Sequence record: SRR20825006_443
Direction: 5' to 3' (one strand)
Length of the DNA stretch: 44,487 bases
The position numbers were made by a program, and so were the translations under genes. The notes under the pieces were generated by a model. The model ran no database searches and was not told the origin of the DNA. It worked only from the letters and a program-made list of their open reading frames with translations. Positions 1 through 10,664 of this stretch are shown piece by piece; the stretch's first letter is position 1, and the number at the start of each line of letters is the position of its first letter.

Positions 1-1
1 G

Positions 2-2041
2 GCCTCCAAGCCGGTGATGGAAGGCAAGGCAGTCCTGTTCAAAAAATTCGCCGGTATCGACGTTTTCGATATCGAGATCGACGCGCCCGGCATTGACGAC
101 ATGGTGTCCACAATCAGCGCTCTGGAGCCGACTTTCGGCGGCGTCAATCTGGAAGATATCAAAGCCCCGGAATGCTTCGAAGTCGAGCGTATCCTGCGTG
201 AAAAAATGCAGATCCCGGTTTTCCACGATGATCAGCACGGCACTGCGATCATTGTTGCCGCAGCCATCCTGAACGGGTTGGAACTGGCCGGAAAATCGAT
301 TGAGAACGTCAAGATTGTCGCTTCCGGCGCCGGTGCGGCAGCCCTTGCCTGCCTCAATCTCCTGGTTTCACTTGGCGCAAAGCGTGAGAACATCTGGGTC
401 TTCGATATTGATGGTCTGGTTTATCCCGGTCGAACGACCCACATGGATCAATGGAAGTCGATCTACGCTCAGGATAGCGACAAGCACGTACTCGCCGACC
501 ACATCGAAGGTGCGGACGTTTTCCTTGGCCTTTCGGTTGCAGGTGTCCTGAAGCCCGATCTTCTGAAGCAGATGGCGAGCAAGCCGATGGTCATGGCACT
601 GGCAAACCCCGTTCCGGAGATCATGCCGGATCTGGCACGCGCCGAGCGTGAAGATGCCATGATCTGCACAGGGCGTTCGGATTTCCCGAACCAGGTGAAC
701 AATGTCCTCTGCTTCCCCTATATCTTCCGCGGCGCGCTCGATTGCGGCGCACGCACGATCAACGAGGAAATGAAGATGGCCGCCGTGCGCGCCATTGCCG
801 ACCTTGCCAAGGAAGAAGTGTGGGAAGCTTCCGGAACCGCTGCCAACGGAGAACCGTTGATCTTCGGCCCGGACTACCTGATTCCGTCGCCATTTGACCC
901 ACGCCTGATCCTGCGTATTGCCCCGGCTGTTGCAAGAGCAGCAGAAGAAAGCGGCGTCGCCGAACGCCCGATTGAGGATTATGAAGCCTATTTTGACCAC
1001 CTGAACCGCTTTGCCTTCCGCTCCGGTCTGGTGATGAAGCCGGTCTTTGCCGCCGCAAAGGCAGCCGAACCGAAACGTATCATCTTCTCCGATGGCGAAG
1101 ACGAACGTGTCATGCGAGCTGCTCAGGTTCTCGTGGAAGAAGGCATTTCCAAGCCAACCCTGATTGGCCGCCCCAACGTTCTGGAAACGCGCATGAAGCG
1201 CTATGGCCTCAGAATGCGGCCGCATGAGGATTTCGAAATCATCAACCCGGAAAGCGATTCCCGTTTCCGCGAATATGTCGAGGAATATCTGGCACTGGTT
1301 TCCCGCAAAGGCGTTACGCCGGACCGGGCCCGCACCATCGTGCGTACCAACACCACGGTGATTGGCGCTATCGCCGTCAAGCGCGGCGATGCCGACGCAT
1401 TGCTGTGCGGGGTCGAAGGCCGATTTGAACGGCACCTGCGTGACATCGGCAACATCATCGGCAAGGACAAGAATGTCCGCGATTTTTCGAGCCTTGGCCT
1501 TCTGATTTCAAACCGTGGCGCGACCTTCTTTGCCGATACGCATGTGACCTACAATCCAACTGCGGAAGAAATCGCCGAAACGACCATACAATCGGCCAAT
1601 GCGATCGCCCGCTTCGGTATGACGACGAAGGCGGCACTGGTATCACACTCCAATTTCGGTTCACGCGATTCCGAAAGCGCATCAAAGATGCGCGATGCTC
1701 TGCGCATCATTCGCAGTCGCAAACCGGAACTTGAAGTCGATGGCGAAATGCATGGCGACGCGGCAATTTCGGAAGTCATGCGCAAACGGAACATCATCGA
1801 CAGCACCCTGACCGGAGAAGCCAACCTTCTGGTTTTCCCGTCGCTGGATGCCGCTCACATTACCATGACAGTGGTGCAGCAGATGCTGGATGCACTCCAT
1901 GTCGGGCCGGTCCTTTTGGGCAGCGCCATGCCGGCACACATTCTATCGCCGTCGGTCACATCGCGCGGCATCGTCAACATGGCAACGCTGGCCGTGGTTG
2001 AAGCAAACCGCAGCGATTCAGTGAAGGCAGCGGCCGAGTAA
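2..2041 (+). CDS. dme: Malic enzyme with C-terminal phosphotransacetylase-like domain, DME (NAD-preferring) type; 5' end lies before the window
   Basis: Frame is open from base 2 ([18 protein letters not shown]). Motifs [25 protein letters not shown] and [12 protein letters not shown], plus a PTA-like C-terminal half. FDIDG rather than DSKG/DTKG in the dinucleotide-binding loop resembles rhizobial DME. Confidence 0.9.
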   Translation, partial: ASKPVMEGKAVLFKKFAGIDVFDIEIDAPGIDDMVSTISALEPTFGGVNLEDIKAPECFEVERILREKMQIPVFHDDQHGTAIIVAAAILNGLELAGKSIENVKIVASGAGAAALACLNLLVSLGAKRENIWVFDIDGLVYPGRTTHMDQWKSIYAQDSDKHVLADHIEGADVFLGLSVAGVLKPDLLKQMASKPMVMALANPVPEIMPDLARAEREDAMICTGRSDFPNQVNNVLCFPYIFRGALDCGARTINEEMKMAAVRAIADLAKEEVWEASGTAANGEPLIFGPDYLIPSPFDPRLILRIAPAVARAAEESGVAERPIEDYEAYFDHLNRFAFRSGLVMKPVFAAAKAAEPKRIIFSDGEDERVMRAAQVLVEEGISKPTLIGRPNVLETRMKRYGLRMRPHEDFEIINPESDSRFREYVEEYLALVSRKGVTPDRARTIVRTNTTVIGAIAVKRGDADALLCGVEGRFERHLRDIGNIIGKDKNVRDFSSLGLLISNRGATFFADTHVTYNPTAEEIAETTIQSANAIARFGMTTKAALVSHSNFGSRDSESASKMRDALRIIRSRKPELEVDGEMHGDAAISEVMRKRNIIDSTLTGEANLLVFPSLDAAHITMTVVQQMLDALHVGPVLLGSAMPAHILSPSVTSRGIVNMATLAVVEANRSDSVKAAAE

Positions 2042-2060
2042 TAATAATCTTGCGAACAAC

Positions 2061-2102
2061 AAAAGCCCGCGCCACTCTTCAAGAGGCGGCGCGGGCTTTT
2101 TT
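2061..2102. terminator. Bidirectional intrinsic terminator between convergent dme and putA
   Basis: AAAAGCCCGCGCC...GGCGCGGGCTTTTTT: long GC stem with an A-run on the left and a T-run on the right. Confidence 0.85.
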
Positions 2103-2123
2103 ATCGACAGTCAGAACCTGCGA

Positions 2124-5100
2124 TCAATCGTCGTCCATGGCAATCAGGCTGGCATTTCCACCGGCAGCGGCCGTATTGACCGAAACCACCTGCTCCAGCG
2201 CAAAACGGAGAAGATAAGCCGGACCGCCAGCCTTGAAGCCGGTGCCAGAAAGACCTGAGCCGCCGAATGGCTGGGTTCCGACAACTGCACCGATCATGTT
2301 TCGGTTAACGTAGATATTGCCGGTATTCATGCGCTTGACTACCCGCTCCGCAGTGCCGGAAATGCGACTATGGATACCAAGCGTCAATCCATAGCCGGTT
2401 GCACTGATCTGACCGCAAACCTTGTCCAGTTCACCCGCCTTGTAGCGTACGATATGCAGGATAGGCCCAAACACTTCTTTGGTCAGTGATTCAGGCTTGT
2501 CGAGTTCCACGATATGAGGGGCAAAGAACGTGCCTTTTTCAGGCGTTTTTCCGGCATAGCGCAGTTTCTGGTTCTGTTTCATGTCGGCCACATGGTCGGT
2601 CAGCATCTGCCACTGCTTTTTATCAATGACCGGCCCCATATCGGTATCCGGTTTCGACGGATCGGCCATATTGAGTTCCATCGCCGCACCTTCGATCATC
2701 TCGATCATGCGTTCGGCAATATCTTCCTGTACATAAAGGATCCGAAGTGCCGAGCACCGTTGACCGGCAGACCGGAAGGCCGACATCACCACATCGTCGG
2801 AAACCTGTTCCGGCAGGGCGGTCGCATCCACGATCATCGCGTTCAAGCCGCCGGTTTCGGCAATCAGCGGTATGATCGGGCCATCCTTGGCCGCAAGTGT
2901 ACGGTTGATGGCCCGTGCTGTTCCGGTTGAACCGGTAAAGGCCACGCCACCGAGATCAGGATGTTCTGTGATGGCCGCGCCCAGTTCCGGCCCTCCGGGC
3001 AGAAACAGCAGGGCATTCTCCGGTACACCGGCCTGATGGAGAAGCCTGATCGCCTCAAAAGCGATCAGTGGCGTTTGCGGTGCGGGCTTGGCGATAACAG
3101 CATTGCCGGAAACCAGCGCAGCAGATATCTGTCCCATGAAAATCGCCAAGGGGAAGTTCCACGGCGAGATGCAGGTAAAAACACCACGACCACGCCAGCG
3201 ATAGCTGTCATCCTCACCGGTCGGCCCCGGCATAGCCATCGGATCGGCAAACATCTTGCGTGACTGGACTGCGTAGTAGCGGCAGAAATCAACAGCTTCA
3301 CGAATTTCCGCCAAACCGTCATCCAGTGTCTTGCCCGCTTCGTCTGAAAGCAGCCGCATCAGCCGTGCATGATGTTCTTCCATAAGGTCGGCGGTCTTTT
3401 CCAGCGCGACAGCACGCTCTTCGACAGGACGCCTTGACCATTCGGCAAAGCCCTTCTTCGCCACTTCGAAAGCCGGCGGAACAGCACTCGCTTCAGCCCA
3501 CACAATCGTTCCAACCTGATGGTCGGGGTCAGAGGGCGACATGACAGGCTGCTTGTCGCCCTTCACGTCAAGTCCGGGTATGAGCGGCGCTGCGTCCACC
3601 GCTGCTTTTCCATCGCTCATGCCACGGACCAGCGCATCAAGGCCATCGCGATCGCCGAATTCAATGCCACGGCTGTTTCTGCGATCGGAATAAAGTGCGG
3701 CGGGAAGCGGGATATTACGATTGCGGGCACTGTGACCCTCATTCAGCTTGAGCTTGGTCTGCGGGCGCTCCAGAAGGTGCTCGACTGGAACCTTCTTGTC
3801 GCCGACCATCGAAACAAACGACGAATTTGCACCGTTTTCCAGCAGACGGCGTACAAGATAGGCCAAGAGATCGCGATAGCCACCAACCGGTGCATAAATT
3901 CGGCACGGGACGCTGTTTTCCTGGTTTTCGAGGTAATCATAAAGCGTTTCGCCCATGCCGTGCAGACGTTGCATTTCAAAGCCGGTTCTGTCTTTGCCGG
4001 CAATCGCCAAGACAGATGCAATCGTCAGCGCATTGTGCGTGGCAAATTGCGGATAAAGGCGTGGCCGCTTGTCCAGCAACTTTTTTGCGACATCAAGATA
4101 GGCAACGTCTGTCGCCGGTTTACGGGTCCAGACAGGGTAATCTTCCAGACCGCGCTCCTGCGCGCGCTTGACCTCTGTATCCCAATAGGCGCCCTTGACC
4201 AGGCGCACCATCATACGCCGGTTCAGCTTGGCACAAAGATCATCGATATAGTCGATCACAGCACCGGCCCGCTTCTGATAGCCCTGCACGGCCAGACCGA
4301 ACCCATCCCAGCCTTCAAGCGAGGGATCGGAAAACACCGCTTCGATCACATCCAGCGAAATCTCCAGACGGTCAGCTTCCTCGGCATCAACGGTGAAGTT
4401 GAGTTCATGCTCCTTCGCCATCTGCGCAAGCTTGAGAAGATCGGGCACGAGTTCACGCATGACCTCGTCGCGGTGGGTCGCCAGATAATGCGGATGAATA
4501 GCCGACAGCTTGACCGAAATACCAATCCGATCGGGAAGCTTGCGGTCATTCCCGCTCTTCTTCATGTATTTGCCAAGAGCTTCAATCGCATCGGCATAGG
4601 ATTTGAAATAGCGCCTGGCATCTTCGCGGGTGCGCGCGCCCTCCCCCAGCATATCAAAAGAATGACGATACCCGGCGGCCTCATTTTTCCTCGCCCGGTC
4701 AAGCGCGTTCTTCATGTTTTCGCCAAGCACAAACTGGCGGCCAAGAAAACGCATGGCCTGACGGGTCACAACCCGCATGCTCGGCATGCCAATCCGCTGT
4801 GCCAGACCACGCAGGATGCTATCCGGCATTTCACCGGGCTTGATCACCCGCGAGGCTGTCGCCAGCGCCCAGGCAGAAGATGCAACCAGCCAGCTGTCAC
4901 CATGAGCCTTATGATCCTGCCAGCCGCCCTCTTTCAGTTTGTCTTCAATCAGACGTTCCTGCGTTTCAGAATCAGGGACACGCAGCAGCGCCTCAGCCAT
5001 GACCATCAACGCCAGCCCTTCACGCGTCGATAGCCCGTACTCACGCATGAAATCTTCAACACCGCCAATGCTGGCGTTACTGTCATCACGGATTGCCGAG

Positions 5101-5231
5101 ATCATTCCGCGAACCTGACTGTCGACCTCTGTCTCATCAAGATCAAGTTCCGAGAGCCGCCGGATCATCGCCTTGACCAGCGTGTCATCGTCGCCGGCAT
5201 ATGGGGCGGAAAAAGGAGGGATCGCAGTCAT
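2124..5231 (-). CDS. putA: Bifunctional proline dehydrogenase / glutamate-gamma-semialdehyde (P5C) dehydrogenase, ~1035 aa
   Basis: PRODH motifs [29 protein letters not shown] and [19 protein letters not shown] motifs [23 protein letters not shown] and EVFGP. ATG at 5231 preferred over the TTG at 5264. Confidence 0.96.
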   Translation of the reverse strand: MTAIPPFSAPYAGDDDTLVKAMIRRLSELDLDETEVDSQVRGMISAIRDDSNASIGGVEDFMREYGLSTREGLALMVMAEALLRVPDSETQERLIEDKLKEGGWQDHKAHGDSWLVASSAWALATASRVIKPGEMPDSILRGLAQRIGMPSMRVVTRQAMRFLGRQFVLGENMKNALDRARKNEAAGYRHSFDMLGEGARTREDARRYFKSYADAIEALGKYMKKSGNDRKLPDRIGISVKLSAIHPHYLATHRDEVMRELVPDLLKLAQMAKEHELNFTVDAEEADRLEISLDVIEAVFSDPSLEGWDGFGLAVQGYQKRAGAVIDYIDDLCAKLNRRMMVRLVKGAYWDTEVKRAQERGLEDYPVWTRKPATDVAYLDVAKKLLDKRPRLYPQFATHNALTIASVLAIAGKDRTGFEMQRLHGMGETLYDYLENQENSVPCRIYAPVGGYRDLLAYLVRRLLENGANSSFVSMVGDKKVPVEHLLERPQTKLKLNEGHSARNRNIPLPAALYSDRRNSRGIEFGDRDGLDALVRGMSDGKAAVDAAPLIPGLDVKGDKQPVMSPSDPDHQVGTIVWAEASAVPPAFEVAKKGFAEWSRRPVEERAVALEKTADLMEEHHARLMRLLSDEAGKTLDDGLAEIREAVDFCRYYAVQSRKMFADPMAMPGPTGEDDSYRWRGRGVFTCISPWNFPLAIFMGQISAALVSGNAVIAKPAPQTPLIAFEAIRLLHQAGVPENALLFLPGGPELGAAITEHPDLGGVAFTGSTGTARAINRTLAAKDGPIIPLIAETGGLNAMIVDATALPEQVSDDVVMSAFRSAGQRCSALRILYVQEDIAERMIEMIEGAAMELNMADPSKPDTDMGPVIDKKQWQMLTDHVADMKQNQKLRYAGKTPEKGTFFAPHIVELDKPESLTKEVFGPILHIVRYKAGELDKVCGQISATGYGLTLGIHSRISGTAERVVKRMNTGNIYVNRNMIGAVVGTQPFGGSGLSGTGFKAGGPAYLLRFALEQVVSVNTAAAGGNASLIAMDDD

Positions 5232-5698
5232 AAGTTCGCCTTTCAAAGTTGGGGCACCCAACAACGACTATAACGTGATTTTCCTCAGTATTTATACCTC
5301 TCTGTTCGAGGAAAAGTAGAATCGCATCTTCAATCCTCACATGCGACTGCGCAGCCAGTGAGAAGAGAGACAAATCTATCTATAAACCTTTGTTTTCTCA
5401 TCGACTTCACAGAACAAAAATCCGCTTTTTGAAAGCAGATCAATATAAGAAATGACAAACGAAACATTATCTTAGGTTGCATATAAATTGAATATCAATT
5501 ATAGGATGTGCTTCTGATTTTTGACATGTTTGGCGGCCATGAAAAGTAATTCAAACTAAACTGCATATTACGTAAAGGTACTTTTATGGACTGTGATCCC
5601 ATGGAATTCTGAGGTTTTTAAGAAATAGAGAAGTCGCGTTAAGCGAATCTGTCGGGTGCAACAGGACCAACAATGAGCCAGAAAAAGATGCACAACCC

Positions 5699-6424
5699 AT
5701 GGACTTTTCAACGTATGACAGACAACTCGAACTTCAAAAAGCTGCTTCCGCTTCGAAGACGGTCGAAGAACTCGCCACCGTTATGGAGCGAACTGCAGGA
5801 GCATTCGGATTTCGCGATTATATTGTGATGACCCTGCCCGACTCGTCGAACATTCAACTGACACCGCTAATCAGAATGTCGTCACTTCCGCAGGGTGTCT
5901 TCAACGCCTTCGACCGGCACGGGCTGACACCAAACCCGCTGACACGAAGAACGCTTGAGCGATCCTTTGCGCATACGCAGTGGCATATTGACGATCTGCC
6001 CGGCCCGGAACTTCCAGGTTCGCAAAGATTTCGCCGCCTGATGCGCCGCAAGCGCCTGACAACAGGTGTCGCATTTTCGTTTACGATGACAAGCCGCGAA
6101 AGACTTGGTGTATTTTTCCTGGGCGACAGAGAACTCTTGAATGACAATGAGCAAAACGAGATGTTGCTTATCGCACTGAAGGTCTGCGGATGTTATGAAG
6201 CCATTGACCGCATCGCCACGACTGCACTCTACAAGCTCTCCGCGCGCGAACTGGAGGTTGTCGGCTGGTCGGCCGAAGGCAAGACATCGTCCGAAATCGC
6301 CAGCATCATTGGCCTCTCCGATCACACGGTAAATGCCTATCTGGCCAATGCGATACGCAAGCTCGATTGCGTCAACCGCACCCAGCTAGTGGCCAAGGCC
6401 GTGCGGCTGAAACTCATAGATTGA
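5699..6424 (+). CDS. LuxR-family transcriptional regulator (autoinducer-binding-type N domain + HTH); LuxR solo
   Basis: C-terminal LSARELEVVGWSAEGKTSSEIASIIGLSDHTVNAYLANAIRKL is a LuxR HTH. 241 aa. No luxI in the window. Confidence 0.9.
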   Translation: MDFSTYDRQLELQKAASASKTVEELATVMERTAGAFGFRDYIVMTLPDSSNIQLTPLIRMSSLPQGVFNAFDRHGLTPNPLTRRTLERSFAHTQWHIDDLPGPELPGSQRFRRLMRRKRLTTGVAFSFTMTSRERLGVFFLGDRELLNDNEQNEMLLIALKVCGCYEAIDRIATTALYKLSARELEVVGWSAEGKTSSEIASIIGLSDHTVNAYLANAIRKLDCVNRTQLVAKAVRLKLID

Positions 6425-6433
6425 GCCTCAGAA

Positions 6434-7555
6434 TCAGCGTTCCAGCACAGAACGGACTTCAACAAGATTCGATCTGGCACGCAGCATATAAAACCCGATC
6501 GTTGCCAGATGACTTGGCATGATCCAGCCATCCTCTCGACCGTTGGAAATAATCAATGGCTGGATATTCAGGGCCGAGCGAAACTGTAGCAGCGTTTCAT
6601 CCCACAGCGCCGTCAGATCACGCTGCGCGATAACCTGAGAAAAATCGGCTTCGGCGGCAGCCAGTATGCCATAGTAACCGTACAGCTGCCCATAGGCGAA
6701 CCAGAAACGGTCGTCCGCTCGCGGATCAAACCAGCCACCATTATGATTTTCGGAACGCTCCCTCAGAATGGCAGACGTCGCTCCGAGATCGGCGGCTATG
6801 CGATCAACGAACTGGCTGAGGTTATCGGCGCGCGCATCAAACACGGCAGAGCATGACACCAGTTCGTCGTTAAACCGCCCAAGGCTGCGGATAGCTGAAC
6901 GATAAAAGCTCGGTGTCGGCGTCTTGAAGCCAAAGGGGTTAAGACCAAAATACCAGGAATACTCGTCATATTGCAGGTTGCCGCGGGCATCCTGCAGGTT
7001 TTCGTCAACGCCGGACGTCCCGCGGACCCGGCCAAGCGAGTCAACCAATTCGACGGTAGAACGGCGCACCGCCTGATGCACACCGCGCTGAAATGACGCC
7101 TTATTGTCCAGAAACGGGGTATGGTCCCAGTTAACACCGAAGAAACCGAGCCTATAGGCCAATGTCGAAGACAGCCAGTCATTCTGGTTGACATTCATAT
7201 CGACAAGTCCACCCAGCACTTCAACGATCGCCGATTTTTCACAGACCTGCGGCCCTCCGCTTTCATGGCCCGAAACAGGCGCCCCCGCTGCGGCGTCCCT
7301 TTCTGCAAACTGATAGCGCGCAACATAGTCTGGATCGAAGTCATGCCAGACCTCGGCACGCCAGACAAAAGTGCCGTAAAACAGGGCAATCACACCAACG
7401 ATTGCCAGCGCGCTGCCTTTTATGATCCAGCCACGCCGACCAATGAAACCACCGCCAGCGCGAAACGGCCAGACGATAGCGATCCACAAATATCCAAGTC
7501 CGCGCCAAGCCAGCGCCAATATCCGTCCTGCAAACGATTTTACGCTGTTCAGCAT
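6434..7555 (-). CDS. DUF2333 family membrane-anchored periplasmic protein
   Basis: N-terminal TM segment; motifs LDNKASFQRG, FDARADNL, ADDRFWFAYG and NGREDG..PSHL resemble DUF2333. ATG at 7555. Confidence 0.75.
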   Translation of the reverse strand: MLNSVKSFAGRILALAWRGLGYLWIAIVWPFRAGGGFIGRRGWIIKGSALAIVGVIALFYGTFVWRAEVWHDFDPDYVARYQFAERDAAAGAPVSGHESGGPQVCEKSAIVEVLGGLVDMNVNQNDWLSSTLAYRLGFFGVNWDHTPFLDNKASFQRGVHQAVRRSTVELVDSLGRVRGTSGVDENLQDARGNLQYDEYSWYFGLNPFGFKTPTPSFYRSAIRSLGRFNDELVSCSAVFDARADNLSQFVDRIAADLGATSAILRERSENHNGGWFDPRADDRFWFAYGQLYGYYGILAAAEADFSQVIAQRDLTALWDETLLQFRSALNIQPLIISNGREDGWIMPSHLATIGFYMLRARSNLVEVRSVLER

Positions 7556-7711
7556 ATTATCCGGCCCCCGATTTGCACAGCAGTCTGACAGACCACCAGC
7601 TTCCAAGTCCAGAAAGTAATAGCGAAGCGATCATGCTTCAATCGATACTTGTCCTAAATCGGCTCCCCGGTATTATTGAAGCATAATGCGCCCGCGAAAC
7701 GGCACCTTCGC

Positions 7712-8107
7712 TCACGGTGAGGGCAGACTTTTCAGATAGGCAACCAGATCCGCTGCCGCATCAGGTGCCCGGATCCCTGCATAAGCCATGCGCGTACCTT
7801 TAATCTCCTTGCGCGGGTTCATCAGAAAGGCTGCCATGGCCGTCTCGTCCCAGTCCCCCTGTTTCTTCCCGTAACTGCGCATTGCTTTGGTGTAGTTGTA
7901 ACCGTCAGCAGAGGCGACCGGGCGATCCCATACCCCGGCAAGATAAGGCCCAACTCTGTTTTGGCGCCCTTCAACCGTATGGCAGGCACGGCAAACGCGT
8001 TCGAACAGCGCCTCACCTCTTTGCGCATCACCATTGGCCATGGACGGTTCAGCCATTGCCAAAATCATCATTCCAATTGTGACCGAAAAAAACCAGGCTG
8101 ACTTCAT
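7712..8107 (-). CDS. Class I (c2-like) cytochrome c with signal peptide
   Basis: CRACH haem motif, VGPYLAGV and GTRMAYAG (axial Met), hydrophobic signal ending SMA. Start could be 8143, 8125 or 8107. Confidence 0.88.
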   Translation of the reverse strand: MKSAWFFSVTIGMMILAMAEPSMANGDAQRGEALFERVCRACHTVEGRQNRVGPYLAGVWDRPVASADGYNYTKAMRSYGKKQGDWDETAMAAFLMNPRKEIKGTRMAYAGIRAPDAAADLVAYLKSLPSP

Positions 8108-8146
8108 TCCAGACCGAACCTTCATTCCGAATTTCGAGAACACAAT

Positions 8147-8728
8147 CTAACGCTTACCTGTTTTTTCTTTCCAGTGCTTGCGGCAATAAGACACATACCG
8201 CTCATTGCCTCCGACCTCGATCTGGGGACCATCAAGCAGCGCATTGCCGGCTTCATCCAGACGGGCCACCATGGTGGCCTTTCGTCCGCAATGACAGATC
8301 GTGCGAACCTCACGCACTTCATCAGCCAGAATGAAAAGTTCGCTGGATGCCGGAAACAGCTGACCGCGAAAATCCGATCTCAGACCATAGGCCATGACGG
8401 GAATTTTGAGTTCATCAACAATGCGCGCCAGCTGCCATATGTGTTCACCGGTGGCAAAGTGCGCTTCATCGATAAACAGACAATCGACTGCATCATCTTC
8501 ATGCAGCTTTTGAGCCAGCATAAACAGGTTCGTGTCCGGACCAAAAGTGACCGCTTCAGATGTCAGTCCGATCCGCGAAGACACAGTACCTCTGCCGGCC
8601 CGGTCGTCCAGTTCTGCCAGCAGAATGATCACATGCATTCCGCGTTCGCGATAGTTATAAGCCGCCTGCAGAAGTAAAGTCGACTTGCCCGCGTTCATTG
8701 TCGCGTAATTGAAGTGAAGTTTGGCCAT
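8147..8728 (-). CDS. tdk: Thymidine kinase
   Basis: MAKLHFNYATMNAGKST P-loop, IDEA, YGLRSDF, ICHCG and YVSYCRKHW zinc/lasso motifs. Confidence 0.95.
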   Translation of the reverse strand: MAKLHFNYATMNAGKSTLLLQAAYNYRERGMHVIILLAELDDRAGRGTVSSRIGLTSEAVTFGPDTNLFMLAQKLHEDDAVDCLFIDEAHFATGEHIWQLARIVDELKIPVMAYGLRSDFRGQLFPASSELFILADEVREVRTICHCGRKATMVARLDEAGNALLDGPQIEVGGNERYVSYCRKHWKEKTGKR

Positions 8729-8900
8729 GTGCGATCCCTTTTTCCTCTTCTTGCCGCGCAGCAGAGAGAATAGAAAGCGGGCTTGCAAAATGAACCACAG
8801 AAAATAGACCGTGATTGGTGATTGCAGACCGAAGCGTGAGCGCTATTGTGCGACGCTCACCGGCAATTGAGGTCACCTAAACGGCAACGGAGAAAGCAGG

Positions 8901-9944
8901 ATGACAGCCGCTGTCAGCTTGAACAACATTGATATCGTCTTCGGCAAGACGCCGAAAAAGGCGCTGCCGTTGATCGACAAGGGGTGGGCGCGCGACCAGA
9001 TCAACCGCAAAACAGGCCAGGTCGTCGGCGTGTCAGGCGCATCGCTGGATGTCGAGGACGGCGAGATCGTTGTCCTGATGGGACTTTCAGGTTCGGGAAA
9101 GTCCACACTGCTGCGCGCCGTCAATGCGCTGGCGCCGGTGACACGCGGAACCGTTACGATCCAGACGCCAAACGGTCCGGTAACGCCCTACAAGACGACC
9201 GCCAAAGCCTTGAGAGACCTGCGCCTGCACACGATCTCGATGGTTTTTCAGCAATTCGCCCTTTTGCCCTGGCGCAGTGTTGCCGATAATATTGGCTTTC
9301 CGCTCGAACTGGCGGGGATCAAAGCCGAAGATCGGCGAAATCGTGTTGAAGAGCAACTGGCGCTGGTCAACCTGTCTCAATGGTCACAACACCCCGTCCA
9401 TGCGCTCTCAGGCGGTATGCAGCAGCGTGTAGGTCTTGCCCGTGCGCTTGTAACCGCCGCACCGATTCTCTTGATGGACGAGCCGTTTTCGGCTTTGGAC
9501 CCTCTGATCCGGCTGCATCTTCAAGATGAACTTCTGGCACTTCAGCGAGCGCTTAAAAAAACGATCCTTTTCGTCAGCCACGACCTGGACGAGGCATTCA
9601 GGATCGGAAACCGGATTGCGATCATGGAGGCCGGACGGATCATTCAGATCGGTACGCCGATCGAAATCATCCGCAGACCGGCAAATGCCTACGTGGCCGA
9701 TTTCGTCAGGAACATTAATCCCGCCGACATTCTGACGGCCGCCGATATCATGACGCCCGTCACCTCCCGCCAGCAGTTACAGGCCAGTGTCTCGGGCACG
9801 GTCAAATCAGAAACGTCACTGGCGGAAATTTTGCGGGTGCTGACATCCAGACCCGGAACCATAGGCGTCATTGAACGCGGCCGCGTCATCGGCACAATTG
9901 ACGCGCAGACGGTAATCGCCGTACTTGCCCACAGCCAGCGCTGA
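8901..9944 (+). CDS. choV: Choline/glycine-betaine ABC transporter ATP-binding subunit (ChoV/ProV-like)
   Basis: Walker [10 protein letters not shown], signature LSGGMQQRV, Walker [21 protein letters not shown]-loop. N-terminus IVFG..P..AL.L.D.G..R..I...TG.V.GV is typical of ChoV/ProV. Confidence 0.82.
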   Translation: MTAAVSLNNIDIVFGKTPKKALPLIDKGWARDQINRKTGQVVGVSGASLDVEDGEIVVLMGLSGSGKSTLLRAVNALAPVTRGTVTIQTPNGPVTPYKTTAKALRDLRLHTISMVFQQFALLPWRSVADNIGFPLELAGIKAEDRRNRVEEQLALVNLSQWSQHPVHALSGGMQQRVGLARALVTAAPILLMDEPFSALDPLIRLHLQDELLALQRALKKTILFVSHDLDEAFRIGNRIAIMEAGRIIQIGTPIEIIRRPANAYVADFVRNINPADILTAADIMTPVTSRQQLQASVSGTVKSETSLAEILRVLTSRPGTIGVIERGRVIGTIDAQTVIAVLAHSQR

Positions 9945-9967
9945 AACGAGCGAAGACGAGGATAGAC

Positions 9968-10468
9968 ATGACCAGGAATACAAGCATTCTTCAGGAAACC
10001 GATGAAACAGCAATAAAACTGGCCCGCAAGCTGATGGAGGAAGCAGGCTATGGCGCGCTCGCTGTCAACGAAGCCGAGACCGGCTTTCCCTTCGTCAGCC
10101 GCGTCCTGCTGGCAACCGATACAGACGGAGCCCCGCTGATCCTGATTTCCAAACTGGCGACCCACAGTCAGGCGATCGAGAAAGATCCCCGCGTTTCCCT
10201 GCTGACCGGAGACCCCGGGAAAGGCGATCCGCTGGCACATCCCCGATTGACGACCCGGTGTATCGCCGAACGGATCGAGCGCCCCTCAGAGCGTTACAAC
10301 GCTTTGAAAGAACGATTTCTGGAACGCCACAGGAAGGCCGCTCTCTATATTGATTTTCCGGATTTTTTCATCTTCCGGCTTGAGCCGCAGTCAGCAAGCC
10401 TCAACGGCGGATTTGGAAAGGCATACGCGCTCGAACGAAAAGATTTTCTCAGGCAAAATCAAGAATAG
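9968..10468 (+). CDS. Pyridoxamine 5'-phosphate oxidase-like / HugZ-family split-barrel protein
   Basis: GFPFVSRV, LISKLATHSQ, DPRVSLL, GKGDPLAHPRLT, YIDFPDF, LNGGFGKAY. Confidence 0.8.
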   Translation: MTRNTSILQETDETAIKLARKLMEEAGYGALAVNEAETGFPFVSRVLLATDTDGAPLILISKLATHSQAIEKDPRVSLLTGDPGKGDPLAHPRLTTRCIAERIERPSERYNALKERFLERHRKAALYIDFPDFFIFRLEPQSASLNGGFGKAYALERKDFLRQNQE

Positions 10469-10495
10469 TATAAGTTTAAATTTAAATGTACGAAC

Positions 10496-10584
10496 TTTAG
10501 TTCCGATACAAATAATATATATTACAATAATAAAATATTTATAATTAATACCAACTATACAAATACCCTAAATTTAGGAGTATT
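10496..10584. promoter_or_regulatory. AT-rich nolR upstream region with two NolR-consensus matches and a palindrome
   Basis: TTTAG-ttccgatac-AA (+, 10496-10511) and TTTAG-ggtatttgt-AT (-, 10572-10557) fit (A/T)TTAG-N9-A(T/A). Perfect palindrome CCTAAATTTAGG at 10567-10578. Confidence 0.5.
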
Positions 10585-10664
10585 ATTTATTTCACATTCA
10601 GTTATCACTTATTTAAACCGGTTACATGTTAGACCGGCATATTGTGATCTCATGGGGTAGAAAC

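Noticed and set aside
3519-5033. 504-aa plus-strand ORF inside putA
   Set aside because: Antisense shadow of a GC-rich gene with no recognisable motifs. The same applies to 368-1435, 17312-18268, 20319-21269, 34377-35186 and 39288-40121.
5476-5662. Two GTTGCA words (5476-5481 on +, 5657-5662 on -) resembling PutA operator boxes
   Set aside because: This PutA has no ribbon-helix-helix DNA-binding domain, and two hexamers in ~470 bp is weak evidence.
9968-10468. HugZ-like protein as a truncated pseudogene
   Set aside because: The split-barrel domain is complete, single-domain members exist, and no frameshifted remnant follows the stop.
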